Shown piece by piece: positions 38,059-46,128 of a stretch of DNA of 50,695 nucleotides. Numbering within the stretch: position 1 is the first letter of the stretch; each line of letters opens with the position of its first letter. The translations under genes were made by a program, and so were the position numbers. The stretch is from positions 1 to 50,695 of the forward strand of contig VBIS01000081.1 of the NCBI GenBank assembly GCA_005880605.1, given 5' to 3'. A model generated the notes under the pieces. The model did not search any database. It was not told where the DNA came from and saw only the letters and a list, made by a program, of their open reading frames with translations. Source of the stretch: Chloroflexota bacterium (lineage in GTDB: Bacteria > Chloroflexota > Dormibacteria > CF-121).

Positions 38059-38208
38059 TTAGCGGGCGTTGTTCCGCTGAACCAGATAAAGCACAACGGC
38101 CAGGTATTCTTGCGAATCCGCCGAGGCAACCCAACGGGTATCCTCCGAGTGGCGGCCGAAGAGGGTGAAAACATCCGACATGGTGAGTCGCTGTGGCTCG
38201 TCCAACAT
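38059..38208 (-). CDS. micro-protein, 49 aa (paralog 2), unknown function
   Basis: MLDEPQRLTMSDVFTLFGRHSEDTRWVASADSQEYLAVVLYLVQRNNAR. An alternative start is ATG 38181. Tandem copy of 37854-37994. Confidence 0.55.
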   Translation of the reverse strand: MLDEPQRLTMSDVFTLFGRHSEDTRWVASADSQEYLAVVLYLVQRNNAR

Positions 38209-38364
38209 GGTTGTCTGGAGCGCTGGCCCCAATGAGGGTGAAACGACCCGCTTTGCGGGATCCTTTCACGCAGCGTGAAAAGTTGGGCACAGCCAGGCAG
38301 CGGTTCATCGACGATTCTGGGGATTGCCGATTTCCGTGCTGGGTAGAATTCGGGCAGATACGCG

Positions 38365-39087
38365 ATGTTCATGCCCTTTTTCGACTGGCGCTACTTGCTG
38401 TTCGTCGCCCTGCCGATCATGGCGCTCAGCTTCCTGGCCAGCAACTGGGTCAAGCGCACCTACCAGCAGTATTCGCAGGTCCGCAGCTCGAGTGGCTTGA
38501 CCGGCGTCGACATCGCACGGCGGATCCTGACCGGGGCGGGACTTGACGACGTGACGATCCAGGTAATCGATGGCGAACTGAGCGACAATTACGACCCCCG
38601 AACCAAAACCCTGAACCTCTCAAAGGAGATCGCCCTTGGCAACTCGGTGGCATCTGAGGCCGTGGTCGCTCACGAGATCGGCCACGCGCAGCAGGATCGC
38701 CAGGGATTCTTCGCGATGCGGATTCGGTCGAGCCTGGTCCCCGCCGCCAACCTTGGCTCGCAAGCGGGACTGCTGATTGTGATCGCCGGCCTGGTCCTCT
38801 CAGCGTTCACCGGGAGCGGGATCGGTTTCTACATTGCGGTCCTGGGCCTGGCGCTCTTTGCCGCGGTGGTCCTCTTCCAGCTGGTGACGACACCGGTCGA
38901 GCTCGATGCCAGCCGCCGCGCCCTTCGCTTGCTGGCGGAGAACGGCGTCATCGTGCCGGAGGAACAGGATGGTGCGCGGCGCATGCTGCGGGCCGCAGCC
39001 TTCACCTACTGGGTGGCGCTGTTCGGGGCCCTGTTGACCTTGCTGTATTACGCGTCCCTGGTATTCGGAAATCGCCGTAGCGACTGA
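38365..39087 (+). CDS. membrane zinc metallopeptidase (YugP / 'putative neutral zinc metallopeptidase' family)
   Basis: 240 aa. N-terminal TM, the DNYDP..KTLNLS region, HEIGHAQQD (HExxH) and two C-terminal TM helices. Confidence 0.85.
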   Translation: MFMPFFDWRYLLFVALPIMALSFLASNWVKRTYQQYSQVRSSSGLTGVDIARRILTGAGLDDVTIQVIDGELSDNYDPRTKTLNLSKEIALGNSVASEAVVAHEIGHAQQDRQGFFAMRIRSSLVPAANLGSQAGLLIVIAGLVLSAFTGSGIGFYIAVLGLALFAAVVLFQLVTTPVELDASRRALRLLAENGVIVPEEQDGARRMLRAAAFTYWVALFGALLTLLYYASLVFGNRRSD

Positions 39088-39217
39088 GCGCGCGGCGTTC
39101 GCCACTGCCGATCCGGCGGAGATTCGTGCGCGGCTGGCCATCGCCGGCGAAGCGCCGTACCGGGTTGGCCAGGCCCAGCAGTGGTTCTGGCAAAAGCTCG
39201 CCCCCTCGTTTAGCGCC

Positions 39218-40162
39218 ATGCGCACCTTGCCGCCGCCGGCGCGCCAGCAGCTGGAGGATTCATTTGCCTTCACCACGGTCACGCCGCAGGTGAAGCGCGT
39301 GGCCGATCACGGCCAAACGGTGAAGTACCTCTTCAGGCTGGGCGATGCAAAAACCATCGAGACGGTGGTGATGCACTACGACGCCACCACCCGGTCCCGG
39401 GCACGGACGACGATCTGCGTCAGCTCGCAGGTGGGGTGTCCGATCGGCTGCACCTTTTGCGCCACTGGCAAATCTGGCTTCGACCGAAATCTGACAGAAG
39501 CCGAGATCGTCGATCAGTTTCTCGCCGCCAGCCGGGATCTCGGTGACAAACAGCGCTCGCTCACGAATGTCGTCTTCATGGGGATGGGGGAGCCTCTGAA
39601 CAACTACGCCGCGGTCGTCGGTGCGATCCGGCGCTGGGCCCGCGAGGATACGCTCAACTTCAGCCCACGGCGGGTCACGGTGTCAACCATCGGGCTGGTG
39701 CCTTTCATCGAGCGCCTCAGTGCCGAGGGGTTGCCGGTCAACCTGGCCGTTTCGCTGCACGCGCCGGACGATGAGCTGCGCAGCAGCATGATTCCGGTCA
39801 ACCGCAAGTACCCGATCGCCGCCATCGTCGCCGCGGCCCGGGCTCACGCCGAGCGAACCGGCCGGCGCACCAGCTATGAGTACGTCCTGCTGCAGGGGAT
39901 CAACGACAGCATGGAGCAGGCACGGCGGCTGACCACGGTGATCGGTCATCGCCTCACCCATGTCAACCTGATCCCGATGAACCCGATCGACGGCAGCCCC
40001 TTGTCGCCACCATCGAAGGCGCGCGCCCAGGCCTTCCAGTCGGTGCTTCAGGGAGCGGGGATTTCGACCACCATCCGCGCCACGCGGGGACTGGACATCG
40101 ATGCGGCGTGCGGACAACTGCGAGCGCGTCAGCTCGAGCCGGCCGCGACCTCACCGGCCTGA
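39218..40162 (+). CDS. rlmN: 23S rRNA/tRNA (adenine-C2)-methyltransferase RlmN, radical SAM
   Basis: Radical-SAM cluster motif CPIGCTFCATG, plus GMGEPL and DIDAACGQL. Coordinates are the first-ATG ORF. RlmN homology (GEAPYRVGQAQQWFWQK) clearly continues upstream to about 39071, where no ATG/GTG/TTG exists (see findings). Confidence 0.85.
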   Translation: MRTLPPPARQQLEDSFAFTTVTPQVKRVADHGQTVKYLFRLGDAKTIETVVMHYDATTRSRARTTICVSSQVGCPIGCTFCATGKSGFDRNLTEAEIVDQFLAASRDLGDKQRSLTNVVFMGMGEPLNNYAAVVGAIRRWAREDTLNFSPRRVTVSTIGLVPFIERLSAEGLPVNLAVSLHAPDDELRSSMIPVNRKYPIAAIVAAARAHAERTGRRTSYEYVLLQGINDSMEQARRLTTVIGHRLTHVNLIPMNPIDGSPLSPPSKARAQAFQSVLQGAGISTTIRATRGLDIDAACGQLRARQLEPAATSPA

Positions 40163-40671
40163 TGCGTAAGCCGATCGCCGGTATCTTTTTCGACGCGGGC
40201 AACACCCTGCTCGTCGAGGAACCTGGGAAGCACCTGTGGGAAATGGCGATCACTCCTATCCCCAATGTGCTCGAGGTCCTGACCACGCTCAAGCGCCGCT
40301 ATCGCCTGGGAGTCATCTCTAACACAGTCGGCTCGGGAGACGCCGAGCTCACCGAGGCCCTCGACAAGGCCGGCATCCGGCGGTTGATCGACGCCCTGGT
40401 CACCTCGCGCGATTTCGGAAAAGCCAAGCCCGATCCCGCCATCTACGCCGAAGGCGCCCGCCGGCTCGGCGTCCCGCTCGATGAGACGGTGATGGTCGGC
40501 GACCGGTTGGACACGGATGTCGCGGGCGCGCTGCATGCCGGCATTCCGGGGATTTGGCTGCGGCATCCCGGGGCGATCGCGATCCCGGGGATCGCCCCGA
40601 GCCATATCATCGACGGCCTGGCCGAACTACCGGCTTGGCTTGAGGCCACTTCCGTGCCGGATGGTCGATGA
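40162..40671 (+). CDS. HAD-superfamily hydrolase (subfamily IA-like)
   Basis: ATG 40162 overlaps the rlmN stop (TGATG). HAD motif I (IFFDAGNTL), motif II (VISNT) and motifs III/IV (GKAKPD, VGDRLDTDV). Confidence 0.8.
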   Translation: MRKPIAGIFFDAGNTLLVEEPGKHLWEMAITPIPNVLEVLTTLKRRYRLGVISNTVGSGDAELTEALDKAGIRRLIDALVTSRDFGKAKPDPAIYAEGARRLGVPLDETVMVGDRLDTDVAGALHAGIPGIWLRHPGAIAIPGIAPSHIIDGLAELPAWLEATSVPDGR

Positions 40672-40773
40672 AGGAACGCCTGCCAGGCGTCGATATACTC
40701 AGAGAAGCCCGATGAAACGAGTCCTCCCGGCCAGCTCAAATCGGCCAAGTTCGATCTCGCGGGCAACGTCAAG

Positions 40774-41460
40774 ATGACGTTCCCGGCAGAGCTGGGCAAG
40801 CAACTCGGGCAGATCGGAGCCGCTTCCGGATCGATCGCGCTCGACATGACCGGCAACGGCGAGGCGCAGTTCCCCGATCGCTACCACGCCGTCATCAATG
40901 CCAAGATGTCCGGGCTGTCGCTGGCCACCGAAGTCGTGGTTGCCAGCGGCAAGGCCTACGTGAAAAATCCGCTCAGCGGCAAATGGCAGGTCTCGGCGCA
41001 ATCGGGCGGGATCACCGGCCAGCTCAGCCAACCCGACCCGCTCTCCTACGAGCAGCTGCTCAAGAACGTCAAGTCGATCAACGACCTGGGCGACACGACG
41101 CTCAACGGCACCGCCGTCCATCACTACCAGCTGATCCCTGATAAGGAGAAGCTGCTCGCCGCCCTGGATAACGCCGCGGCCAAGAACGCGCAGGCGCTGG
41201 CGGCGATCAAACAGGTCCTCGACAGCGGCACCATGACGGTCGAGGTCTGGTTCGGCAAGGACGACCACCTCGTCCGGCGCGTCAGCACCGACGCGGACTA
41301 CACCATCGACCTCAATCAGTTGCTCGGCTCGCTGGGCGCGCCCGCGCGGTCCGGAAGCCAGCTGCCCGCCGGGTCCACTATTCACGCCACGGCGCACGTG
41401 GTCATCACCTACCACGACTTCGACTCGCCGGTGACGATCAGCATCCCGACCGTTTCGTAG
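40774..41460 (+). CDS. LolA/LprG-fold (LppX_LprAFG-like) domain protein lacking a signal peptide
   Basis: 228 aa, beta-rich, resembling LppX/LprG-type lipoproteins (..GTMTVEVWFGKDDHLVRRV..). The family call is tentative. The in-frame upstream sequence is homologous-looking but has no start codon or signal peptide. Confidence 0.45.
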   Translation: MTFPAELGKQLGQIGAASGSIALDMTGNGEAQFPDRYHAVINAKMSGLSLATEVVVASGKAYVKNPLSGKWQVSAQSGGITGQLSQPDPLSYEQLLKNVKSINDLGDTTLNGTAVHHYQLIPDKEKLLAALDNAAAKNAQALAAIKQVLDSGTMTVEVWFGKDDHLVRRVSTDADYTIDLNQLLGSLGAPARSGSQLPAGSTIHATAHVVITYHDFDSPVTISIPTVS

Positions 41461-42101
41461 TGCTGATCGCTCCCTCGCTCCTATCGGCGGATTTCAGCCG
41501 GTTGGGAGAGGAAGTGGCCGCCCTCGAACAAGCCGGTGCCGATTGGGTGCACTTCGACGTGATGGACGGGCACTTCGTCCCCCCGATCACGATGGGGCCG
41601 CGCACCGTGGAACACTGCCGGCACTACGCCAAGCTGCCCTTTGACGTTCACCTGATGATCGAGAACCCGGAGCGCCAGATCGACGCCTTTCGTGACGCGG
41701 GCGCTAACACGGTTTCGATCCACGTGGAGGCGACCCGGCACATCCATCGGGTGCTGGAGAGCATTCGTCAGGCCGGAATGCGCCCCGGCGTGTGCCTCAA
41801 CCCCGGCAGCCCGCTGGTGCTGGTCGAGCCGGTGCTGAAAGACGCCGACCTGCTGGTCATGATGTGCGTCAACCCGGGCTGGGGCGGGCAGAAGTTCATC
41901 GACGGCAGCGCAGAACGCATCAAAGCGGCGCGGGCGTTACGCGACCGGTTCAACCCCAAGCTGGATATCGAGGTCGACGGTGGCGTCAATGCGCACACCG
42001 GCCGGCAGGCGATCCAGAGTGGGGCCACGGTGCTTGTCGCGGGGAGCTTCGTCTTCAGCCACCCCCAGGGCGCCAAGGCCGCGATCCAGGAACTGCGCTA
42101 A
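41460..42101 (+). CDS. rpe: ribulose-phosphate 3-epimerase
   Basis: 213 aa. SLLSADF, HFDVMDGHFVP, VHLM, VNPGWGGQKF and VDGGV. GTG start overlaps the previous stop (TAGTG). Confidence 0.9.
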   Translation: MLIAPSLLSADFSRLGEEVAALEQAGADWVHFDVMDGHFVPPITMGPRTVEHCRHYAKLPFDVHLMIENPERQIDAFRDAGANTVSIHVEATRHIHRVLESIRQAGMRPGVCLNPGSPLVLVEPVLKDADLLVMMCVNPGWGGQKFIDGSAERIKAARALRDRFNPKLDIEVDGGVNAHTGRQAIQSGATVLVAGSFVFSHPQGAKAAIQELR

Positions 42102-42103
42102 AG

Positions 42104-42721
42104 CTACTCGCTGGTCGGCATGTGCAGGTACATCGACTGGATGCCGACGCGGCCCGGTCCGGTGAAGCGGTTCCAGACCATGTTGCCGCCGCCACCGAAG
42201 ATGCCGGTCTTCAGCCCGAACATCTGCACATCCATGCGCACCGTTTCGTCCCGGTAGACCCAGCCACCGGGCTCGATATCGATCTGCTCGTTCTGCGCCA
42301 GCTCCTTCTCGAAGACGTTGCCATAGCCGTGCAGCCAGAGCACGCCCTCCTGGTGCGAGGCGCTGAAGCGGTCCACGAAGAATCCGGTCGAACCGAGCAG
42401 CATGTTGCTGACGCCCTTCACCCGGTTGAAGGTGTAGTCGAGGTTGCCGGTGGCCGCGAGGAACTGATGCTCCCGCACCAACACCGCCTTGCCCGGCAAC
42501 AGATGCAGTGGAAAGAGATGACCGGCGCCGTCACGGGAAAACGCGATCTCGCCAGGCCCCTGCGCTTCGGTCAGGAAGATCGGCATGCCCGCGACCATCC
42601 GCTTGAAGGCGCCCTTCATCGCCCGAATGCCGATGTTCAAGGGGGGGTCTTTCCAGAGCACGACGTGGTGCTCGAAGTAGATTGGGACCGTGCCGTCGAG
42701 CCAGGTATGCAGCACCGGCAC
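42104..42721 (-). CDS. AIM24 family protein (TIGR00266/DUF124)
   Basis: 205 aa from GTG 42721. Typical double-psi beta pattern with GIFGGGGNMVWNRFTGPGRVGIQS near the C-terminus. Homologous-looking residues continue upstream of the GTG. Confidence 0.75.
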   Translation of the reverse strand: MPVLHTWLDGTVPIYFEHHVVLWKDPPLNIGIRAMKGAFKRMVAGMPIFLTEAQGPGEIAFSRDGAGHLFPLHLLPGKAVLVREHQFLAATGNLDYTFNRVKGVSNMLLGSTGFFVDRFSASHQEGVLWLHGYGNVFEKELAQNEQIDIEPGGWVYRDETVRMDVQMFGLKTGIFGGGGNMVWNRFTGPGRVGIQSMYLHMPTSE

Positions 42722-42801
42722 CAGCTCGCCATCGATCCGATAACGGATTCCCGGGGCCTGCCCATCCTCGAGCTTGCTGGGAAGGAGTTGAGGTGGCTTC
42801 T

Positions 42802-43347
42802 GTGCGGATCAGCGGGCGGTTGGTGCCCGCCGACGTACGCCTGGGCCAGATGGCGGTCACCCTGGTCGTGAGTATCGCGCTCTTCCTGCTGGCACTACAC
42901 GTCCCGTCCTTCATGGCGGCCGGGGCCGACATCAGCGACAGTGCCCAGCGTGACTATGCCGCCAACATCTGGCAGGAGACGCAGACCAGCCTGGCCATGG
43001 TCGCCGTCGTCCTACCGTGGCTGGTCTACGCGCTCCTCTGGCAGGGCGCCCCCTGGGGCCGGCGCATCCTGCTGGTGATCGCCACCGCCGGCGTGGTGCT
43101 CACTACCTGGTTTGCCCTCCTGAGCGCCCAGAGCTATGCGGCGTTACCCCAGCAGGTCTCAGGCGTTGTCGACCGCGTCGAGGGGCGGGTGATCGCCCTG
43201 CGCGATGGCGCCAGTTATTACCTGGTGCTGTCGGACCGCGAGCTCAACACCGATCGTTCGTGGCTTCGCGCCGGCGCCAGCGTCACGCTCTGGGTCTCGC
43301 CCCGCGGCCACGTCGGTTCAGTCAGCGCCCTGGGCACCGGCCAGTAA
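42802..43347 (+). CDS. hypothetical membrane protein
   Basis: 181 aa from GTG 42802, with GAAGGAG/AGGTGG upstream. Three hydrophobic helices and a soluble C-terminal beta-rich tail. The track ORF from 42682 overlaps the AIM24 gene. Confidence 0.45.
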   Translation: MRISGRLVPADVRLGQMAVTLVVSIALFLLALHVPSFMAAGADISDSAQRDYAANIWQETQTSLAMVAVVLPWLVYALLWQGAPWGRRILLVIATAGVVLTTWFALLSAQSYAALPQQVSGVVDRVEGRVIALRDGASYYLVLSDRELNTDRSWLRAGASVTLWVSPRGHVGSVSALGTGQ

Positions 43348-43360
43348 CGGGGGGCGCGAC

Positions 43361-43546
43361 CTAGGCTGACTTGGCCTGGGTGCGCAGGCACCGGGTGCAG
43401 ACCAACGCCGTTTGGGAACGGCCGTCGATCGTGACTCGCGCCTTGTGGAGGTTGGGCATGAAGCGACGCTTCGTGTGCACTTTCGAGTGGCTCACGTGAT
43501 GCCCGTACTGGGGCCCTTTTCCGCAGATTGCGCAGCGTTGTGCCAT
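43361..43546 (-). CDS. rpmB: 50S ribosomal protein L28
   Basis: 61 aa from ATG 43546: [35 protein letters not shown]. Confidence 0.9.
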   Translation of the reverse strand: MAQRCAICGKGPQYGHHVSHSKVHTKRRFMPNLHKARVTIDGRSQTALVCTRCLRTQAKSA

Positions 43547-43621
43547 GGTTTGGGTTGCTTGGGCGCCTCGCGGATCATCGCGTATGATTGAGGCGAAATC
43601 AGCGTCACATAGTAGCACACG

Positions 43622-44038
43622 ATGGACTCAAAGACGAAGGCCAACCCGCAACGGACCGGGAAGCCGCCGAGGACGCTGATCCAGGCCAGGGACCTCGGGC
43701 GGATCGAGGTGTCGCGCCATGTGGTCGCCACCATCGCCGGTCATGCCGCCGCCGGTTGCTATGGCGTGGTTGCCATGGCCGCCCGCGGGTTGCGGGACGG
43801 CCTGGCGGAGCGGCTTCACCGCGACAAGGTCCACCGGGGCGTCGAGGTCGAGGTCCGTGAGGACGGGATCGCCGTCTCGCTCTACGTGATCGTCGAGTAC
43901 GGCACCCGGGTCTCGGAGGTCGCGCACAACCTCGGCAATGCGGTGCGCTACTCCGTCGAACGCACGCTCGGTCTCCCGGTGGTGGAAGTCAACGTCAACG
44001 TCCAGGGAATCCACGTCAGCGGGAGCGGCGGCAGCTGA
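43622..44038 (+). CDS. Asp23/Gls24 family envelope-stress protein (YloU-like)
   Basis: 138 aa. The pattern [16 protein letters not shown]...[29 protein letters not shown] is typical of Asp23. Divergent from rpmB as in Firmicutes-type clusters. Confidence 0.85.
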   Translation: MDSKTKANPQRTGKPPRTLIQARDLGRIEVSRHVVATIAGHAAAGCYGVVAMAARGLRDGLAERLHRDKVHRGVEVEVREDGIAVSLYVIVEYGTRVSEVAHNLGNAVRYSVERTLGLPVVEVNVNVQGIHVSGSGGS

Positions 44039-44066
44039 GATCCAAAGCCTGACCGGCGCCGCGACC

Positions 44067-45674
44067 ATGCCTATCCTCGAATGCGACGGCCGCCTCTTCA
44101 AAGAGGCACTGCTCGGCTCGCTGGCCTGGCTGACGGTCAACCGCGACGAGGTGGACGCGCTCAATGTCTTCCCGGTCCCAGACGGGGACACTGGCACCAA
44201 CATGCTGCTCACCCTGCAGTCGGCGGTCGACGAGATCCGCGACCTCGACGACGCCGATTTGTCGCGGATGGCGAAGCAGGCGAGTCACGGTGCGCTCATG
44301 GGGGCACGCGGCAATTCGGGTGTCATCCTGTCGCAGATCTTCCGGGGCTTCAGTGTTGGCATCGCCACCAGTCGCGCGGTCGACGGGCGCGGGTTGGCCC
44401 ACGCCTTCACGGTCGGCGCCGATGTCGCCTACCGGGCGGTGATCAAGCCAACCGAGGGCACCATGCTGACGGTGGCCCGGGAGGCGGCCCGAGGCGCCGA
44501 GGCGAAGGCGGCCACGAGCACCGATCTGACCGAGGTGGTGCGCGCCGCCTGCGAGGCCGCCGCTGCCGCGGTCGAACGTACACCCGAGCAGCTCCCGATT
44601 CTCAAGCAAGCGGGCGTGATCGACGCCGGGGGCTTTGGACTGCAGCTCGTTCTCGAAGGTTTCCTCAAGCGGATGACGGGCGAAGCGCTTGCGACCTTCG
44701 AGCGGCCGGCGACCCAGCATGCCCGGCCGAAGACCATCGAAGCGCCGACGGCGGGCTGGGGATATTGCACCGAGTTCATCATCAACGGCGCCAACCTGGA
44801 GGTGGACGACGTCCGCGCCGAGATCCTTCGGCATGGTGAGTCGGCGCTCGTCGTTGGCGACGATGCCGCCATCAAGGTCCACGTCCACACGCAGGAGCCT
44901 TCGGTGATCATCAGCTACGCCAGCGGCGTCGGCCGTCTGAGCCGATTGAAGGTCGACGACATGTCCGCCCAGCACCACCGGTTGCAGGGGGAGGGTGTCC
45001 GGCGTCCAGCCAGCACCAAACACCTGGCCCTGGTGGCGGTGGCGAGTGGTGACGGCTTCCGGCGCATCCTGGAAGGCCTCGGGGTCGACTCGGTGGTCAG
45101 CGGTGGCCAGACGATGAACCCGTCGGCGGAGGACATCCTGGCCGCGGTGGAGTCGGTGCCGTCCAGCGACGTCGTGCTGCTGCCCAACAACGGCAACGTG
45201 ATCATGACTGCGCAACAGGTTGCCGAACTGACCAAGAAACACGTCAGGGTCGTTCCGTCACGCAGCCTGCCGCAGGGGATTGCGGCACTCTTCGCCTTTG
45301 ATTTCAGCGCCGGCCTGGAGGCCAACGCCACCGCGATGTCGCGCGCACTCGGCACGGTGCAAACCATCGAGGTGACGCGCGCCGTGAGGGCGAGCGAGGT
45401 GGACGGCTTGAAGATCGCGGAAAACGACGTCATCGGGTTGCTCGACGACCGGATCGTGGATGCAGGTCCCTCACCGGAGCGGGTGGCGCAGGCGGTCCTC
45501 AAGCGCATCGACGCCGGAAAGGTTGGGACGGTGACGATTTACGCCGGAGCGGATGCCTCGGACGCAGAACGGGAAAGCCTTCGCAGCTGGATCGCCAAGC
45601 AGTTCCCGGACGCGTCCGTCGAGCTGCAGTCGGGCGAGCAGGCCCTCTATCCCTATGTCGTCGCGGTGGAGTAA
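44067..45674 (+). CDS. DAK2-domain protein (YloV family)
   Basis: ATG 44067. LNVFPVPDGDTGTNM and GARGNSGVILSQ in the DAK2 domain, with a C-terminal DegV-like/YloV region. Confidence 0.85.
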   Translation: MPILECDGRLFKEALLGSLAWLTVNRDEVDALNVFPVPDGDTGTNMLLTLQSAVDEIRDLDDADLSRMAKQASHGALMGARGNSGVILSQIFRGFSVGIATSRAVDGRGLAHAFTVGADVAYRAVIKPTEGTMLTVAREAARGAEAKAATSTDLTEVVRAACEAAAAAVERTPEQLPILKQAGVIDAGGFGLQLVLEGFLKRMTGEALATFERPATQHARPKTIEAPTAGWGYCTEFIINGANLEVDDVRAEILRHGESALVVGDDAAIKVHVHTQEPSVIISYASGVGRLSRLKVDDMSAQHHRLQGEGVRRPASTKHLALVAVASGDGFRRILEGLGVDSVVSGGQTMNPSAEDILAAVESVPSSDVVLLPNNGNVIMTAQQVAELTKKHVRVVPSRSLPQGIAALFAFDFSAGLEANATAMSRALGTVQTIEVTRAVRASEVDGLKIAENDVIGLLDDRIVDAGPSPERVAQAVLKRIDAGKVGTVTIYAGADASDAERESLRSWIAKQFPDASVELQSGEQALYPYVVAVE

Positions 45675-45681
45675 GGGCGCT

Positions 45682-46050
45682 TCAGATTAGCTGCGCGAGA
45701 TTGACGATAACGCCAAGCGCGGTGATCCACGCGGCGACATGGTATGCATGCCAGACTAGCGGCTTGCGCCGGTACATCATCATCAAGATGGCAAGCAGCA
45801 CCGCCACGGCGGTCCCCTTGACGGCGTAGGCAGCCAACTCGCCCTGGGTCGCCATCAGCGGCGCCATGATGCGGTTCAGCTCCTCGTGCTGCAGGGCAAG
45901 GCCAAGATGAGTGGTGAGGGAATCGAGTACCTGGAAGCCGACAAATGCGGTCAGGATCATGCCCTGGGTGAGTCGCGAATTGAGGTCGGCGTTCAGGCGC
46001 GCGCCGATGGCGACATGTCCTGGGAGCGACATCACATATAGGTTTATCAA
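45682..46050 (-). CDS. small polytopic membrane protein (DUF5658-like)
   Basis: 122 aa, 3-4 hydrophobic helices, with a LDSLTTHLGL..EELN motif reminiscent of DUF5658. The start is uncertain. Confidence 0.45.
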   Translation of the reverse strand: MINLYVMSLPGHVAIGARLNADLNSRLTQGMILTAFVGFQVLDSLTTHLGLALQHEELNRIMAPLMATQGELAAYAVKGTAVAVLLAILMMMYRRKPLVWHAYHVAAWITALGVIVNLAQLI

Positions 46051-46128
46051 TCTTTGCGACGCCTAACCTAACGAAACGCGCCCGTTGCCCGGCTGTGATT
46101 GGCGCGAACCGCTGGCTATACTCCATTC

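Noticed and set aside
36992-38364. Whether there is an integrated genomic island or prophage at the tRNA-Leu 3' end.
   Set aside because: There is no integrase, transposase or phage gene, and I could not find a direct repeat of the tRNA 3' end downstream. Only the compositional anomaly is reported.
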